Shown here piece after piece: positions 18,966 through 28,542 of a stretch of 64,000 bases of DNA. Each line of letters begins with the position of its first letter. Within the stretch, counting starts at the first letter, position 1. The translations under genes and the position numbers were made by a program. A model generated the notes under the pieces. It was not told the DNA's origin. It did not search any database and worked only from the letters and a program-made list of their open reading frames with translations. The DNA is from Deltaproteobacteria bacterium (GTDB lineage Bacteria > Myxococcota > Kuafuiibacteriia > Kuafuiibacteriales > Kuafuiibacteriaceae): positions 128,001 through 192,000 of the forward strand of contig JAVJQW010000046.1 in assembly GCA_040218735.1 (NCBI GenBank), in the 5' to 3' direction.

Positions 18966-19394
18966 TCACAGGTTGGGGAGCTGCCAGGGGTACACGTCGC
19001 CCGCGTCGTTGCCCTGGATGCTCAGGTCGCGCTTGATCGGGCAGGCGTCGGGCCCGATCGCGTTGATGTTGGTGTTGCAGGTGCCGTCGCCGTAGACGCC
19101 GACGAGCTGATTCAGAACGCCGTGGTCGAGCACCACGTAGACCTGCGAGCACGTGCCGTTGTTGCTCTGGACGTTGAGCGTGGTGACCAGCTCCGTGTCG
19201 TTGCCGATCTTCTTGTAGAGCGTGACGGCGTAGTCGTCGTTGCAGTTCTTGACCTCGACTTGTGAGTAGCCGGAGCTGGAGGCGGCGCCCCAGCCTCCGC
19301 CCCCGAGTCGGAAGTTGCAGCCCGTGGTGACGAGCGCGCAGGTAGCCAGGGCGACGAGGCCGAGGCCTCCCCGCAGACGAGAGAAGATAGTCAT
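18966..19394 (-). CDS. Small Cys-containing lipoprotein
   Basis: AAGGAG RBS; lipobox LVTTGC; 4 further Cys. Confidence 0.8.
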   Translation of the reverse strand: MTIFSRLRGGLGLVALATCALVTTGCNFRLGGGGWGAASSSGYSQVEVKNCNDDYAVTLYKKIGNDTELVTTLNVQSNNGTCSQVYVVLDHGVLNQLVGVYGDGTCNTNINAIGPDACPIKRDLSIQGNDAGDVYPWQLPNL

Positions 19395-19454
19395 GTCGGT
19401 CTCCTTGGGTGTGACGGTTGTCGGTGAGGTACTACCGAAGGAGACCGACGTTCC
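19395..19454 (-). promoter_or_regulatory. Anti-SD hairpin plus ECF-like promoter
   Basis: 12-bp perfect inverted repeat 19395-19406/19438-19449 covering the AAGGAG RBS; GGAAC-N17-GTAC. Confidence 0.5.
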
Positions 19455-19472
19455 TAATCGAAGAACTTCGAC

Positions 19473-20309
19473 TCAGCGGGTCTTTGCCGCGTGGGCCACG
19501 ACGTCGAAGAAGGCGCCGCCGTCTTGGCCGACGACGACCGGCATGGTGCCGTCCCACTTCTCGATCGTGCGCAGCTCGAGCACCTCCTGCGTGAGCGTCT
19601 TTCGGATCATCGCCTGCGACTCCGCCTCCGCTCGCGCCAACGCGAGGTTTGCCTGCGCGCGACCCTCCGCCTGCGTGCGGACCTGCTCGGCCTCGATGCG
19701 GACGCGCTCGAGGTCGTTCTTCGCGCGCAAGGCAGCTTGCTCGGCGATCTGCTTGGCCTCGATCGCTTGCTCGAAGTCCTGCGAGAAGCGGAAGTCGACG
19801 ATCGAGAACTCCACCACGACGAGGTGGTGACGCGACAGACGCGTACGGATCGCCTCGAAGATCGACGCCTTCACCTCGGAGCGCCGGGTGATCAGCTCCT
19901 CGGCGGTGAACTTCGCCGTGGCGGCCTTCACCGACTCCTGGATCGCCGGCGTGACGATCGTGCGCTCGAAGTCCATCCCCAGGTCCTGGTAGATGGTGTG
20001 CGCGTGGTCGTGGTCGATCGCGTAGTTCAACGCGACGATCGACGACACGTTCTGCAGGTCCTTCGACGACGCGGTGGCGCGCGCCTCCTGCATCAGGACG
20101 CGGCCGTCCATCTCGACCACGTCGATGCCGATCGGGTCGACGAAGTGCAGACCCTCGCGCAGGACTTCGTCCTGTACGGCGCCGAACTTCAGCACGACGC
20201 CGATGTGTCCGGCGTCGACGACGACGAACGGAAGGAAGGTGACGGCGGCGAACGAAACCACCGCGAAGACGAGCGCGCCGATGACGACGCGCGGACGCAT
20301 ACGCAACAT
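19473..20309 (-). CDS. Prohibitin/SPFH (band 7) family protein
   Basis: N-terminal TM, SSKDLQNV, FTAEELIT.R, AIEAKQIAEQ, IEKWDG. Confidence 0.92.
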   Translation of the reverse strand: MLRMRPRVVIGALVFAVVSFAAVTFLPFVVVDAGHIGVVLKFGAVQDEVLREGLHFVDPIGIDVVEMDGRVLMQEARATASSKDLQNVSSIVALNYAIDHDHAHTIYQDLGMDFERTIVTPAIQESVKAATAKFTAEELITRRSEVKASIFEAIRTRLSRHHLVVVEFSIVDFRFSQDFEQAIEAKQIAEQAALRAKNDLERVRIEAEQVRTQAEGRAQANLALARAEAESQAMIRKTLTQEVLELRTIEKWDGTMPVVVGQDGGAFFDVVAHAAKTR

Positions 20310-20464
20310 GAGATACCTCCGGTTTTGGTGGGACGAGCGGGGCTTTTCAGACCCATTCCGGAGGGCCGACGACGAGGCACCCGGGCGTCGCGCTGGTCGC
20401 GGACGCGTAGGCGTGGGGTGCGCGTCGGTGCATGAAGATTGAAGTAAGGGCCCCCGCGATCACG

Positions 20465-21145
20465 TCAAGCGACCGCGCGACGGCGAATGCGTCGTTCGAC
20501 CCGCACCACGAACCACACCAGCGCGAGGAACACCGCGACGACGGAGGCGTGCCCCGTCACGAGGTGCGTCGGGTCGGAGATCGGGCAATGCAGCAGCAGC
20601 ACGAGCTGGCCGGTCAGCCCCGCAGCGCCCGCCGCGAGCACCGCACGGCTCGGGTCGCGCGTCCGGTCGAGCAAGCGCCCGACGACGTAGACGGGCAGCC
20701 CCACCAGCGCGCCGAAGTAGAGGCAGCGCAGCGCGTGGACCCACTCGGCGCCGTGCGGGAGGTGAGCGGGATCCGGAGCGTAGTGTGTCGGCGTGATCGC
20801 GAGGCCGAACGACAGCGCGACCGCACCGACCGCCATCGCCGCGACCGCCCACGGCGGAAGCGCGCGCTTGTGCATCGGGCGCAGGCTCCACCCGAGGCTC
20901 ACGAACAACACCGCCGCGATCGCGCCGATCGACACCGTCATCCGAAGCACAGGGTAGGCGTCGAGGTCGGGGCGGCGGAGGAACACGACGCCGAACAACG
21001 TCGCGCCGACGACCGTCAGCCCTGCGATGAGCTTGTGCACCCACGTCGGGCGACTCTTGAGCCATCCGACGATGCTCTGATCGTCATCGATCTTCTGCGA
21101 AAGGCGCGCGAACGCTGCGGCGGAATCGATGGGCTCGTGACTCAC
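20465..21145 (-). CDS. NrsF/DUF1109-like membrane anti-sigma factor
   Basis: About six TM helices, LHCP...HL..GH motif, coupled to the upstream ECF sigma. Confidence 0.7.
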   Translation of the reverse strand: MSHEPIDSAAAFARLSQKIDDDQSIVGWLKSRPTWVHKLIAGLTVVGATLFGVVFLRRPDLDAYPVLRMTVSIGAIAAVLFVSLGWSLRPMHKRALPPWAVAAMAVGAVALSFGLAITPTHYAPDPAHLPHGAEWVHALRCLYFGALVGLPVYVVGRLLDRTRDPSRAVLAAGAAGLTGQLVLLLHCPISDPTHLVTGHASVVAVFLALVWFVVRVERRIRRRAVA

Positions 21146-21690
21146 GATCGAACCTCCTCGTCGAGGGAGCTGCGCAGCTTCCCGTAGCCGCGGAACGCAC
21201 GGACCTTCACCGCGGACAGGCTCGCGCCGACGACGCGCGCGACCTCCTTGAACGGCATCTCGTCGAACCAGTGCAGCTCGATGACGCGCCGCTGACTCTC
21301 CGGCAGCTCCGCCAGCGCGTGCCGCACTCGCGCGGCGTCCTCCTCCGCGACGACGGTGTCGCGGAGCTCTTTGGGATCGGCGACCTCGAACGACTCGTCG
21401 ACGTGCAGCGCTTCCTCGGGGTGGCGGCCGCGGCGACGGAGTGTCCCGCGGTGAACGTTCAGCGCGATCGTCATCAGGTAAGGGCGGACGCGCGCGTCGC
21501 GCCGGAAGTCGTTCCGCGCGCGGTGGAGCTGGAGGAAGGTCTGCTGGACGAGGTCGTTTGCCTCGGACGCCGACGCGCCGCGTCGCCGCATCAGACGCAG
21601 CAGCATCGGGTGATAGCGGTGGAACAGGGCCTCGAACGCCCCCTGGTCGCCGTCGATGTACCTCGCCATGAGGGCCTCGTCGCTCTCCAT
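21142..21690 (-). CDS. ECF RNA polymerase sigma factor
   Basis: SDEALM...GD..AFEALF, DLVQQTFL, VKVRAFRG. Confidence 0.92.
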   Translation of the reverse strand: MESDEALMARYIDGDQGAFEALFHRYHPMLLRLMRRRGASASEANDLVQQTFLQLHRARNDFRRDARVRPYLMTIALNVHRGTLRRRGRHPEEALHVDESFEVADPKELRDTVVAEEDAARVRHALAELPESQRRVIELHWFDEMPFKEVARVVGASLSAVKVRAFRGYGKLRSSLDEEVRS

Positions 21691-21716
21691 ACCCGCCGGT
21701 GTCGCCTCGGACCCTG

Positions 21717-21743
21717 GATATGCCGGCGCCATGCACCGGTTAC
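21717..21743 (-). promoter_or_regulatory. Putative autoregulatory ECF promoter
   Basis: GTAACC (21743-21738) resembles the -35 of NrsF-associated SigF-type promoters. Confidence 0.35.
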
Positions 21744-21772
21744 GGACGAGCGCAGAAAAGTAACGGGCGGTC

Positions 21773-23680
21773 TCAGACGGGTGCGGGGCGCCCGTCGCGG
21801 ATGGCGAAGACGCGGTTTCGCCCCGCCTCCTTGGCGCCGTACAGCGCGTCGTCCGCGAGGCCGATCAGGTCTTCGCGGACGTTGGTGTCGTCGGGGGTCG
21901 TCGCGACGCCGCAGGAGATCGTCACGCGACCGAGGGGCTGGAGGTAGCCGCGCCAGAAGTCGGCCTCGGCGATGGTGCGCCTCAGCTTCTTCGCGACCTG
22001 CTCCGCCTCCTCCTTGTTCGCGCGCGGGAGGATCACGCAGAACTCTTCGCCGCCGTAGCGCGCGACGGCGTCGACTTTGCGCAGGCTGTTCTCGAGGAGC
22101 TGCGCGACGCGGCGGAGGACGTCGTCGCCGGCCTGGTGACCGTGTTCGTCGTTGTAGTGTTTGAAGTGGTCGATATCGAGCATGACCACCGACAGCGGCG
22201 CGCCGTCGCGTCTTGCGCGCGACCACTCGAGCTCGAAGCGCTCGTCGAGCGCGCGTCGGTTGAGCACCCCCGTGAGGCCGTCGCGGATCGACAGCTCCAA
22301 CGTCTCTTGGAACAGCTGCGCGTTGGCGAGCGCGAGCGACGCCTGGTTCGCGATCGTCATCAGGAGCTCGCGGTCCGTCTCCGTGAACGCGTCGATGCGC
22401 GGGGACGAAAACGCGAGCACGCCGATCACCCCCTCTTGGTAGGTCATCGGTACGCAGAACAGGGTGCCCTCCGGATCCGAGTCACTTCGGTACGCGAGGG
22501 CGCGCGGGTCGGCGCGGGTATCGGGCACGTAGATCGACGCGCGGGTGCGCACGACCTCGCCGGTGATCCCCGCGCTCAGATCGATCGGGCGGTCTGTGAC
22601 CCCGCGCTCACCTTCGAAGCCGTGCCACTTCAACGCGCGCACGCGCTCCGTGTCGGCGTCGAACATCAGCACGGCGACCTCCGGCACGGGGAGCTGCTCC
22701 GTGACGTCTTCGCAGAACCGCGCGAGCGTGAAGTCGGTGTCGAGCTTGGTCGCGAGATCGCGCGCGAGCCGGTTGAGGAACGACAGCTCCGTGATGCGCG
22801 CGCTCAGGCCACGGTTCGCGGCTTCGAGCTGTTCGCTCTTCTGCGCGAGCCGCTCCTTGAGCGACAGCTCGTCCTTCACCTCGACGATCTCGCGCTCCTG
22901 TTCGATGTGCTCGACGCGCAGGTCCGTGATCTTCGCGATCATGCGGTTGAAGGTCCGGGTGAGGAGGCCGATCTCGTCGTCCGCCCGCACGGTCGCGCGG
23001 ACCATGTAGTCGCCTTCCTCCGCGGCCGTCATGACGTCGACGAGCGCGGTGAGGCGCGAGACCACCGTGCGGTGGAGGATGCCGATGAGGAGCGCGGTGA
23101 GGATCAGGCTCACCAGCACCACGCCGATCGCCGCTTGGGTCGTGTTGGTCAGCAGGTCACCGAGGAGCGCGCGCCGCTCGGCGACGATCGATACGGCGCC
23201 GATCGGGTCGGCGCTCTTGGCGTGGCAGGGCAGGCACGCCGCGCGGCGCCGGAGCGCGCGCACCGTCTCTAGCGCCTCCGGCTCGACGTAGGTCGCGGAG
23301 ACGGTGGTGGTCAGCACCTCGAGCGCGGCGGCGCCGGCGAGTCGTCCGCGGCGGCGCGGCTCCGACGACCAGCGGACCCGTCCGTGCCGGTCGAGGACGT
23401 CGACGCGCTCCACCCGCTTGGCGTTCCCGAGCTGCGCGGCGATCTCCTGAATGGGGTGTTGCCCGGTCCGGGCGTCGAAGACCACGAACGACGCCTCGAC
23501 CGCCTGCGCGAGGGTCTCCAGGTGCCGGACGGAGATCGCCTCCTGCGTTCGGTAGGTTTGGGAGAGCACGAGGAAGGTGCCGGCGAGCCCGAAGGCCATG
23601 CCCACGACCCCCACGGTCACGCCGATGCGGCGCCCGACGCGGCGCTTGACCGGGGTCCCCATCCCGAACCCATGCTTCAC
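21773..23680 (-). CDS. Membrane sensor diguanylate cyclase (periplasmic CxxCH, HAMP, GAF, GGDEF)
   Basis: Two TM helices, ACLPCH, DEIGLL..TFN.M, RKVD I-site, RYGGEEF. Confidence 0.92.
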   Translation of the reverse strand: MKHGFGMGTPVKRRVGRRIGVTVGVVGMAFGLAGTFLVLSQTYRTQEAISVRHLETLAQAVEASFVVFDARTGQHPIQEIAAQLGNAKRVERVDVLDRHGRVRWSSEPRRRGRLAGAAALEVLTTTVSATYVEPEALETVRALRRRAACLPCHAKSADPIGAVSIVAERRALLGDLLTNTTQAAIGVVLVSLILTALLIGILHRTVVSRLTALVDVMTAAEEGDYMVRATVRADDEIGLLTRTFNRMIAKITDLRVEHIEQEREIVEVKDELSLKERLAQKSEQLEAANRGLSARITELSFLNRLARDLATKLDTDFTLARFCEDVTEQLPVPEVAVLMFDADTERVRALKWHGFEGERGVTDRPIDLSAGITGEVVRTRASIYVPDTRADPRALAYRSDSDPEGTLFCVPMTYQEGVIGVLAFSSPRIDAFTETDRELLMTIANQASLALANAQLFQETLELSIRDGLTGVLNRRALDERFELEWSRARRDGAPLSVVMLDIDHFKHYNDEHGHQAGDDVLRRVAQLLENSLRKVDAVARYGGEEFCVILPRANKEEAEQVAKKLRRTIAEADFWRGYLQPLGRVTISCGVATTPDDTNVREDLIGLADDALYGAKEAGRNRVFAIRDGRPAPV

Positions 23681-23751
23681 CTTCGGGCCCGAAATGTCGA
23701 AAAGTTGGGCGTTTTTTGCGGAGTCGATCGGGCCGTGAGATCCTCGCCGGC

Positions 23752-24858
23752 ATGCGGTGGTTCTTCGGCGGGCTCTGCGCCCTCGCCCTGCTGGTCCCCG
23801 GACCGGCGCGGGCCGAAGAGGACGTGCGCATCTCGCTGCTGTCGCGCCGCGCCGCCGTCACCGTGTCCGGCCCGGGGCTGACCGTCCTCGACGCCGAGGT
23901 CGGGGATCGCCTCTTCTTCTCCGCGGCCACCGCGAAGAAACGCGTGCGCGTGAAGGAGGGCTACCTCGTTGTCGCCGACCGGCGCGCGAAGCGCATCCTC
24001 GTCGAGGCGAAGGACGCCGTGCACCTCGGCAAGGGGGTGTACTACGGCCGCCTGGAGATCGGCATCGAGCCCGACCACCCCGACAAACTCTACGTGCTCA
24101 ACCGACTGCCGATCGAGACGTACCTCCTCGGCATCGTCGGCAGCGAGATGAACCCGAGCTGGCCGATCGAAGCGCTCAAGGCGCAAGCCGTCGCAGCGCG
24201 GAGCTACGCGATGCAGCGCCGCATGATGATGCGCGCGGCGAACCGCCCGTACGACCTCGCCGACTCCGTCCTCTCGCAGGTCTACAAAGGCGCCGAACGC
24301 ATCCGCCCCTCCGTGATCCGCGCGGTCACCGAGACACGCGGTGAAGTGATCGCGTATCGCCACGGCCTCGTCGAAGCGTTGTTCCACTCCACGTGCGGCG
24401 GTCGCACCGTCTCGGCGCGCTCCGCCTTCGGAAACCACGTGCCGTACCTCAAGCCGAAGAAATGCAAGTGGTGCCGGGAGTCGCACCGCCACCGGTGGAA
24501 GGTGAACGTGCCGGTCGACGAGCTCTCCGGCCGTCTCTCCCGCGCGAAGCTCATCCGAGGGTCACTGTCACGACTCGAACGCGACGAGGGCGTGGAGTAC
24601 GTCTCCGTCCGCGACGGTCGCGGCAGTCGACGCCTCGACCCGCGGAAAGTGCGGAAGGCCGTCGGGTTCTCGAAGCTCTACTCGGCGCGCTTCTCCGCGA
24701 AGACGCGCGGTCGCCAGGTGGAGATCGAAGGGCGGGGCTTCGGACACGGCGTGGGGATGTGCCAGTGGGGCGCCCGCGGCATGGCCGCGCAGGGCAAGAC
24801 GTACGAGCAGATCCTCGAGTACTACTACGACGGCGCTCGTGTTCAGAAGATCTACTGA
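23752..24858 (+). CDS. SpoIID/LytB domain protein
   Basis: EALKAQAVAARSYA, SQVY, FHSTCGG, GFGHGVGMCQWGA. Confidence 0.93.
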   Translation: MRWFFGGLCALALLVPGPARAEEDVRISLLSRRAAVTVSGPGLTVLDAEVGDRLFFSAATAKKRVRVKEGYLVVADRRAKRILVEAKDAVHLGKGVYYGRLEIGIEPDHPDKLYVLNRLPIETYLLGIVGSEMNPSWPIEALKAQAVAARSYAMQRRMMMRAANRPYDLADSVLSQVYKGAERIRPSVIRAVTETRGEVIAYRHGLVEALFHSTCGGRTVSARSAFGNHVPYLKPKKCKWCRESHRHRWKVNVPVDELSGRLSRAKLIRGSLSRLERDEGVEYVSVRDGRGSRRLDPRKVRKAVGFSKLYSARFSAKTRGRQVEIEGRGFGHGVGMCQWGARGMAAQGKTYEQILEYYYDGARVQKIY

Positions 24859-24877
24859 AGCGAAGATCTACTGAAGC
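24846..24877. repeat. 16-bp perfect tandem duplication
   Basis: GAAGATCTACTGAAGC x2 at the junction of convergent genes. Confidence 0.9.
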
Positions 24878-26184
24878 GAATCATCGACCGCGCGGCTGAG
24901 CTCCGCGAGCGCGCCGGCGAGGTCCATGTAGAGGCCGCGCGTAGCGCCGGGCGCGAGCCGCTGTCGGAGCTGCTTCAACCGATCCGTCAGGTGCCCGCGC
25001 GTCGTCGCATCGACGGGGGCGTTCTCGATCTGCTCCGCGACGAAGTCGAAGCGGCCGCGGAGGAACTCGAACCCGAGCATCGCGTCCGAGCCGAATTCGG
25101 GTTTGACGATCGGCATCAGGCTCTCCGCCGCCGGGACGAGATCGTCGGTGACCACCTCCTCCTCGCGGAACCCGAAGCTCGCGAGCTCGGCGGGGACCGG
25201 GGGGAGGTCGTCGCCGGTTTGCACCTCGACGGCTTCGCGCGGGAGGAGGGTGTCGTCCGGGCTGTCGTCTTCCTCGTCGGGGATCAGACCGAGGCGTTCG
25301 ATCTCGTCCGCCAGGAGCGCGGCGCTCCCGGGGCGCTTCTCGGGGTCCTTCTCCAGCAGCCACGCCACGAGCAGCTCCAGCCCGCCCGACTCCGGGAGGG
25401 GCGGCGGCGACTCCAGCGTGTGTTTCATGATCAGGTCGACCGTGTTGTCGGAGTCGAACGGCGGGTGCCCGGCGAGCATTCGGTAGAGCACGACCCCCAG
25501 CGCGTAGAGGTCCGACGCGCTCGACGCCCTCGCCGCGTCACGCGCGACCTCGGGCGCGAGGTACAGCGGCGTGCCGACCAGCTCCGAGTGGTGTGGGAGC
25601 TCCGCCATCAGCGCGATGAGCCCGAAGTCCACGAGGCGCGCGTGCGTCCGTCCGTTCTCCTTCGACAGCAGGACGTTGCTCGGTTTGACGTCGCGGTGGA
25701 CGCACCCCTGCTCGTGCGCGGCGGCCAACGCCAGCGCGAGCTGACGACCGATGATCGCGGTGCGCGGCGGCTCGACGGGGGCCTTCGAAGTGATCTCCGT
25801 CTCCAGCGTGCGCCCTTCGACGTACGGCATGATGAGGAAACACGTCCCGTGCTCGGCGCGCCCGAAGTAGAGCGGGACGACCACGTTCGGGTGGTCGATC
25901 CGCGACGCCGCCTCCGCGCTCTGGAGGAAGCGCTGCACGACCTCCTCGTTGGCCGCGAGGTCGCCGAAGAGGATCTTCATCGCGACGGTCGCGCCCCCCT
26001 CCTCGGCGTCGACGCGGTAGACCGCGCCGGTCGTCCCGACACCGATCCGTTCGCGCACCGGGAAGTTCGAGATGCGCGTGCCGACGAGCGGGTCGACCGA
26101 CGCATCTTCCAGCACGCCCCCATCCACCGCGCAGCGCGGCACATGGGCGCGATAGATCGCACGACATTGCGGGCAGAACCGCAC
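24868..26184 (-). CDS. Ser/Thr protein kinase with N-terminal Zn-ribbon
   Basis: CPQC...C, VAMK, HRDVKPSN, DFG, GTPLYLAPE. Confidence 0.9.
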   Translation of the reverse strand: MRFCPQCRAIYRAHVPRCAVDGGVLEDASVDPLVGTRISNFPVRERIGVGTTGAVYRVDAEEGGATVAMKILFGDLAANEEVVQRFLQSAEAASRIDHPNVVVPLYFGRAEHGTCFLIMPYVEGRTLETEITSKAPVEPPRTAIIGRQLALALAAAHEQGCVHRDVKPSNVLLSKENGRTHARLVDFGLIALMAELPHHSELVGTPLYLAPEVARDAARASSASDLYALGVVLYRMLAGHPPFDSDNTVDLIMKHTLESPPPLPESGGLELLVAWLLEKDPEKRPGSAALLADEIERLGLIPDEEDDSPDDTLLPREAVEVQTGDDLPPVPAELASFGFREEEVVTDDLVPAAESLMPIVKPEFGSDAMLGFEFLRGRFDFVAEQIENAPVDATTRGHLTDRLKQLRQRLAPGATRGLYMDLAGALAELSRAVDDSLQ

Positions 26185-26333
26185 CGGGCCCGAAGCATAC
26201 CGAATCTCGGGGCGGCTGACCCGCCGACGGACGGGATTGCTCGGATGTCTCCGACCGCGCGGGGTTTCAATGCGACGACGACCCTCGATCCGGCGCACCG
26301 ATCCTTCGATCGGCCTGCTACCATCCGCCCGCC

Positions 26334-27341
26334 TTGCGGCTCTCGGACTTCGATTACGCGCTCGACGAGTCCTCGATCGCGCGCCACCCCGCGGAGCGGC
26401 GGGACGGCTCGCGGCTCCTCGTCGTGGACCGAAGCTCCGGTGCGCTGACACACACCACCTTCGCGCGCGTCGGCGAGCACCTCGCCGCTGGTGATCTCCT
26501 CGTCGCCAACAACAGCCGCGTCATCCGCGCCCGCCTCTCGGCGACGAAGGTCGGCACCGGCGGGCGCGTCGAAGTGTTCCTCGTCGAGCCGACGCAGGAC
26601 GACCGCACGTGGCGCGCGCTCCTGCGCCCGGCGAAGAAGGTGCGGGTCGGCGCCGAGCTGGCGATCGGTGACGACGTCGCGGTGGTCGAGGCGCTCGAGG
26701 GCGACGGGTTCGGCGTGCTGCGGTTGCCGCGAGCGGGCGCGGCCGTCGCCGCCGATCACGGCGCGCTCCCGCTCCCGCCGTACATCGATCGCCCCGCCGG
26801 ACCGGAGGACGAGGAGCGCTACCAGACCATCTTCGCCCGCGAGGGGCTCGAGCGCTCCGTCGCCGCGCCCACCGCGGGGCTGCACTTCACGGATGGTTTG
26901 GTCGAGCAGCTCGCGTCGCAGGGCGTCGGGCTGGAGAAGGTCACGTTGCACGTCGGGCCCGGCACGTTCCTTCCGGTGCGCACGGACGACGTCACCGACC
27001 ACAAGATGCACAGCGAAGCGTTCGAGCTGTCGGACGCCGCCGCGGCGCGCATCGAGGCGGCGAAGCGCGTGGTCAGCGTCGGGACGACGTCGACGCGCGT
27101 GCTCGAGACGGTGGGCCGCCCGGTGCGCGCGGCCGAAGGGCGCACCGAGCTGTTCATTCGCCCCGGCTTCGCGTTCGCGGTGGTCGGCGCGATGATCACG
27201 AACTTTCACCTTCCGAAGTCGACGCTCCTCATGTTGGTCTGTGCGTTCGGAGGGCGCGACCTGATCCTCGGCGCGTACGAAGAAGCGCGCGACGCCGGCT
27301 ACCGCTTCTATTCGTACGGCGACGCGATGTTGATCCTCTGA
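26334..27341 (+). CDS. queA: S-adenosylmethionine:tRNA ribosyltransferase-isomerase
   Basis: LSDFDY, PLPPYI, SVAAPTAGLHF, LHVGPGTF, TNFHLPKSTL, YRFYSYGDAM. Confidence 0.97.
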   Translation: MRLSDFDYALDESSIARHPAERRDGSRLLVVDRSSGALTHTTFARVGEHLAAGDLLVANNSRVIRARLSATKVGTGGRVEVFLVEPTQDDRTWRALLRPAKKVRVGAELAIGDDVAVVEALEGDGFGVLRLPRAGAAVAADHGALPLPPYIDRPAGPEDEERYQTIFAREGLERSVAAPTAGLHFTDGLVEQLASQGVGLEKVTLHVGPGTFLPVRTDDVTDHKMHSEAFELSDAAAARIEAAKRVVSVGTTSTRVLETVGRPVRAAEGRTELFIRPGFAFAVVGAMITNFHLPKSTLLMLVCAFGGRDLILGAYEEARDAGYRFYSYGDAMLIL

Positions 27342-27349
27342 CGAGCGTT

Positions 27350-28462
27350 ATGCGAACCGTCCGCTACGAGCTGCTGCACGAAGACACCGAGACCGCGGGG
27401 CGGCTCGGCCGTTTGATCACGCCGCACGGCGTCGCCGACACCCCGACGTTCATGCCGGTGGGCACCGGCGGATCCGTGAAGGCGATGCTCCCCGAGGAGG
27501 TCGAGGCGACGGGCGCTCAGGTCATCCTCGGCAACACGTTGCACCTCATGCTGCGTCCGGGGCACGAGCTCGTGAAGGCGCTGGGCGGGCTGCACCAGTT
27601 CGCGCAGTGGCCGCACAGCGTCCTCACCGACAGCGGCGGCTTCCAGGTCTTCTCGTTGAAGGAGCTGCGCAAGATCAACGAGGAGGGTGTTCAGTTCGTC
27701 AGCCCGTACAACGGATCGAAGCACCTGCTCACGCCCGAGAAGTCGGTCGAGGTGCAGGAGGCGCTCGGGACCGACATCGCGATGGCGTTCGACGAGTGCC
27801 CGGGCGCCGACGAGAAGAAGACGTACGTCGCGAAGTCGATGAACCGCACTACGCGCTGGCTGGACCGCTGCATCGCGGCGCGTACGCAACCCGAGAAGAC
27901 CTCGTTGTTCGGCATCGTGCAGGGGGGGCTGTTCGAAGACCTCCGCGAGGAGCACGCGGGGACGCTCATCGAGCGTGACCTCGACGGCTACGCGGTGGGC
28001 GGCGTGGCGATCGGCGAGAGCAAGGAGAACATGGTCCGCATCGTCGAACACACGACGAAGTTTCTGCCGAAGGACAAACCGCGGTACCTGATGGGCGTCG
28101 GCCTCCCGGCGGATCTCGCGCGCGGCGTGTCCGCGGGGATCGACATGTTCGACTGCGTCGTCCCCACCCGCAACGCGCGCACCGGGCGCCTCTTCACTTC
28201 GGAGGGGCTCCTGATCGTCAAACACGCGAAGAACCGCGAGGACTCGCGCCCGATCGACGAGAACTGCGGCTGCCCCACGTGCCGCCGCTTCTCGCGCGCC
28301 TACGTGCGGCACCTGTGGATGACGAACGAGGTCCTCGTCCACCGCCTGACCACGATGCACAACCTGTGGTTCTTCGGCCGCCTGATGGAGCGCATCCGCG
28401 CCGCGGTGAAGGACGGGACGCTGAAGTCGCTCACGCAGGAGCTGATCGAGCGCTGGGGCTGA
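27350..28462 (+). CDS. tgt: tRNA-guanine transglycosylase
   Basis: TPTFMPVGT, TDSGGFQVFSL, DMFDCV.PTR, CGCPTC Zn site. Confidence 0.97.
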   Translation: MRTVRYELLHEDTETAGRLGRLITPHGVADTPTFMPVGTGGSVKAMLPEEVEATGAQVILGNTLHLMLRPGHELVKALGGLHQFAQWPHSVLTDSGGFQVFSLKELRKINEEGVQFVSPYNGSKHLLTPEKSVEVQEALGTDIAMAFDECPGADEKKTYVAKSMNRTTRWLDRCIAARTQPEKTSLFGIVQGGLFEDLREEHAGTLIERDLDGYAVGGVAIGESKENMVRIVEHTTKFLPKDKPRYLMGVGLPADLARGVSAGIDMFDCVVPTRNARTGRLFTSEGLLIVKHAKNREDSRPIDENCGCPTCRRFSRAYVRHLWMTNEVLVHRLTTMHNLWFFGRLMERIRAAVKDGTLKSLTQELIERWG

Positions 28463-28542
28463 GCGGCGGCGACGTACGGGTTCGAGGTGCGCGCGCCGGG
28501 CCCGTCGCGCGCACGGGCGAACCGTGCGATTCATAGAGCGCC

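Noticed and set aside
26334-28462. queA/tgt as a DNA 7-deazaguanine modification (dpd) island
   Set aside because: Canonical tRNA-type Tgt paired with QueA; no dpd genes
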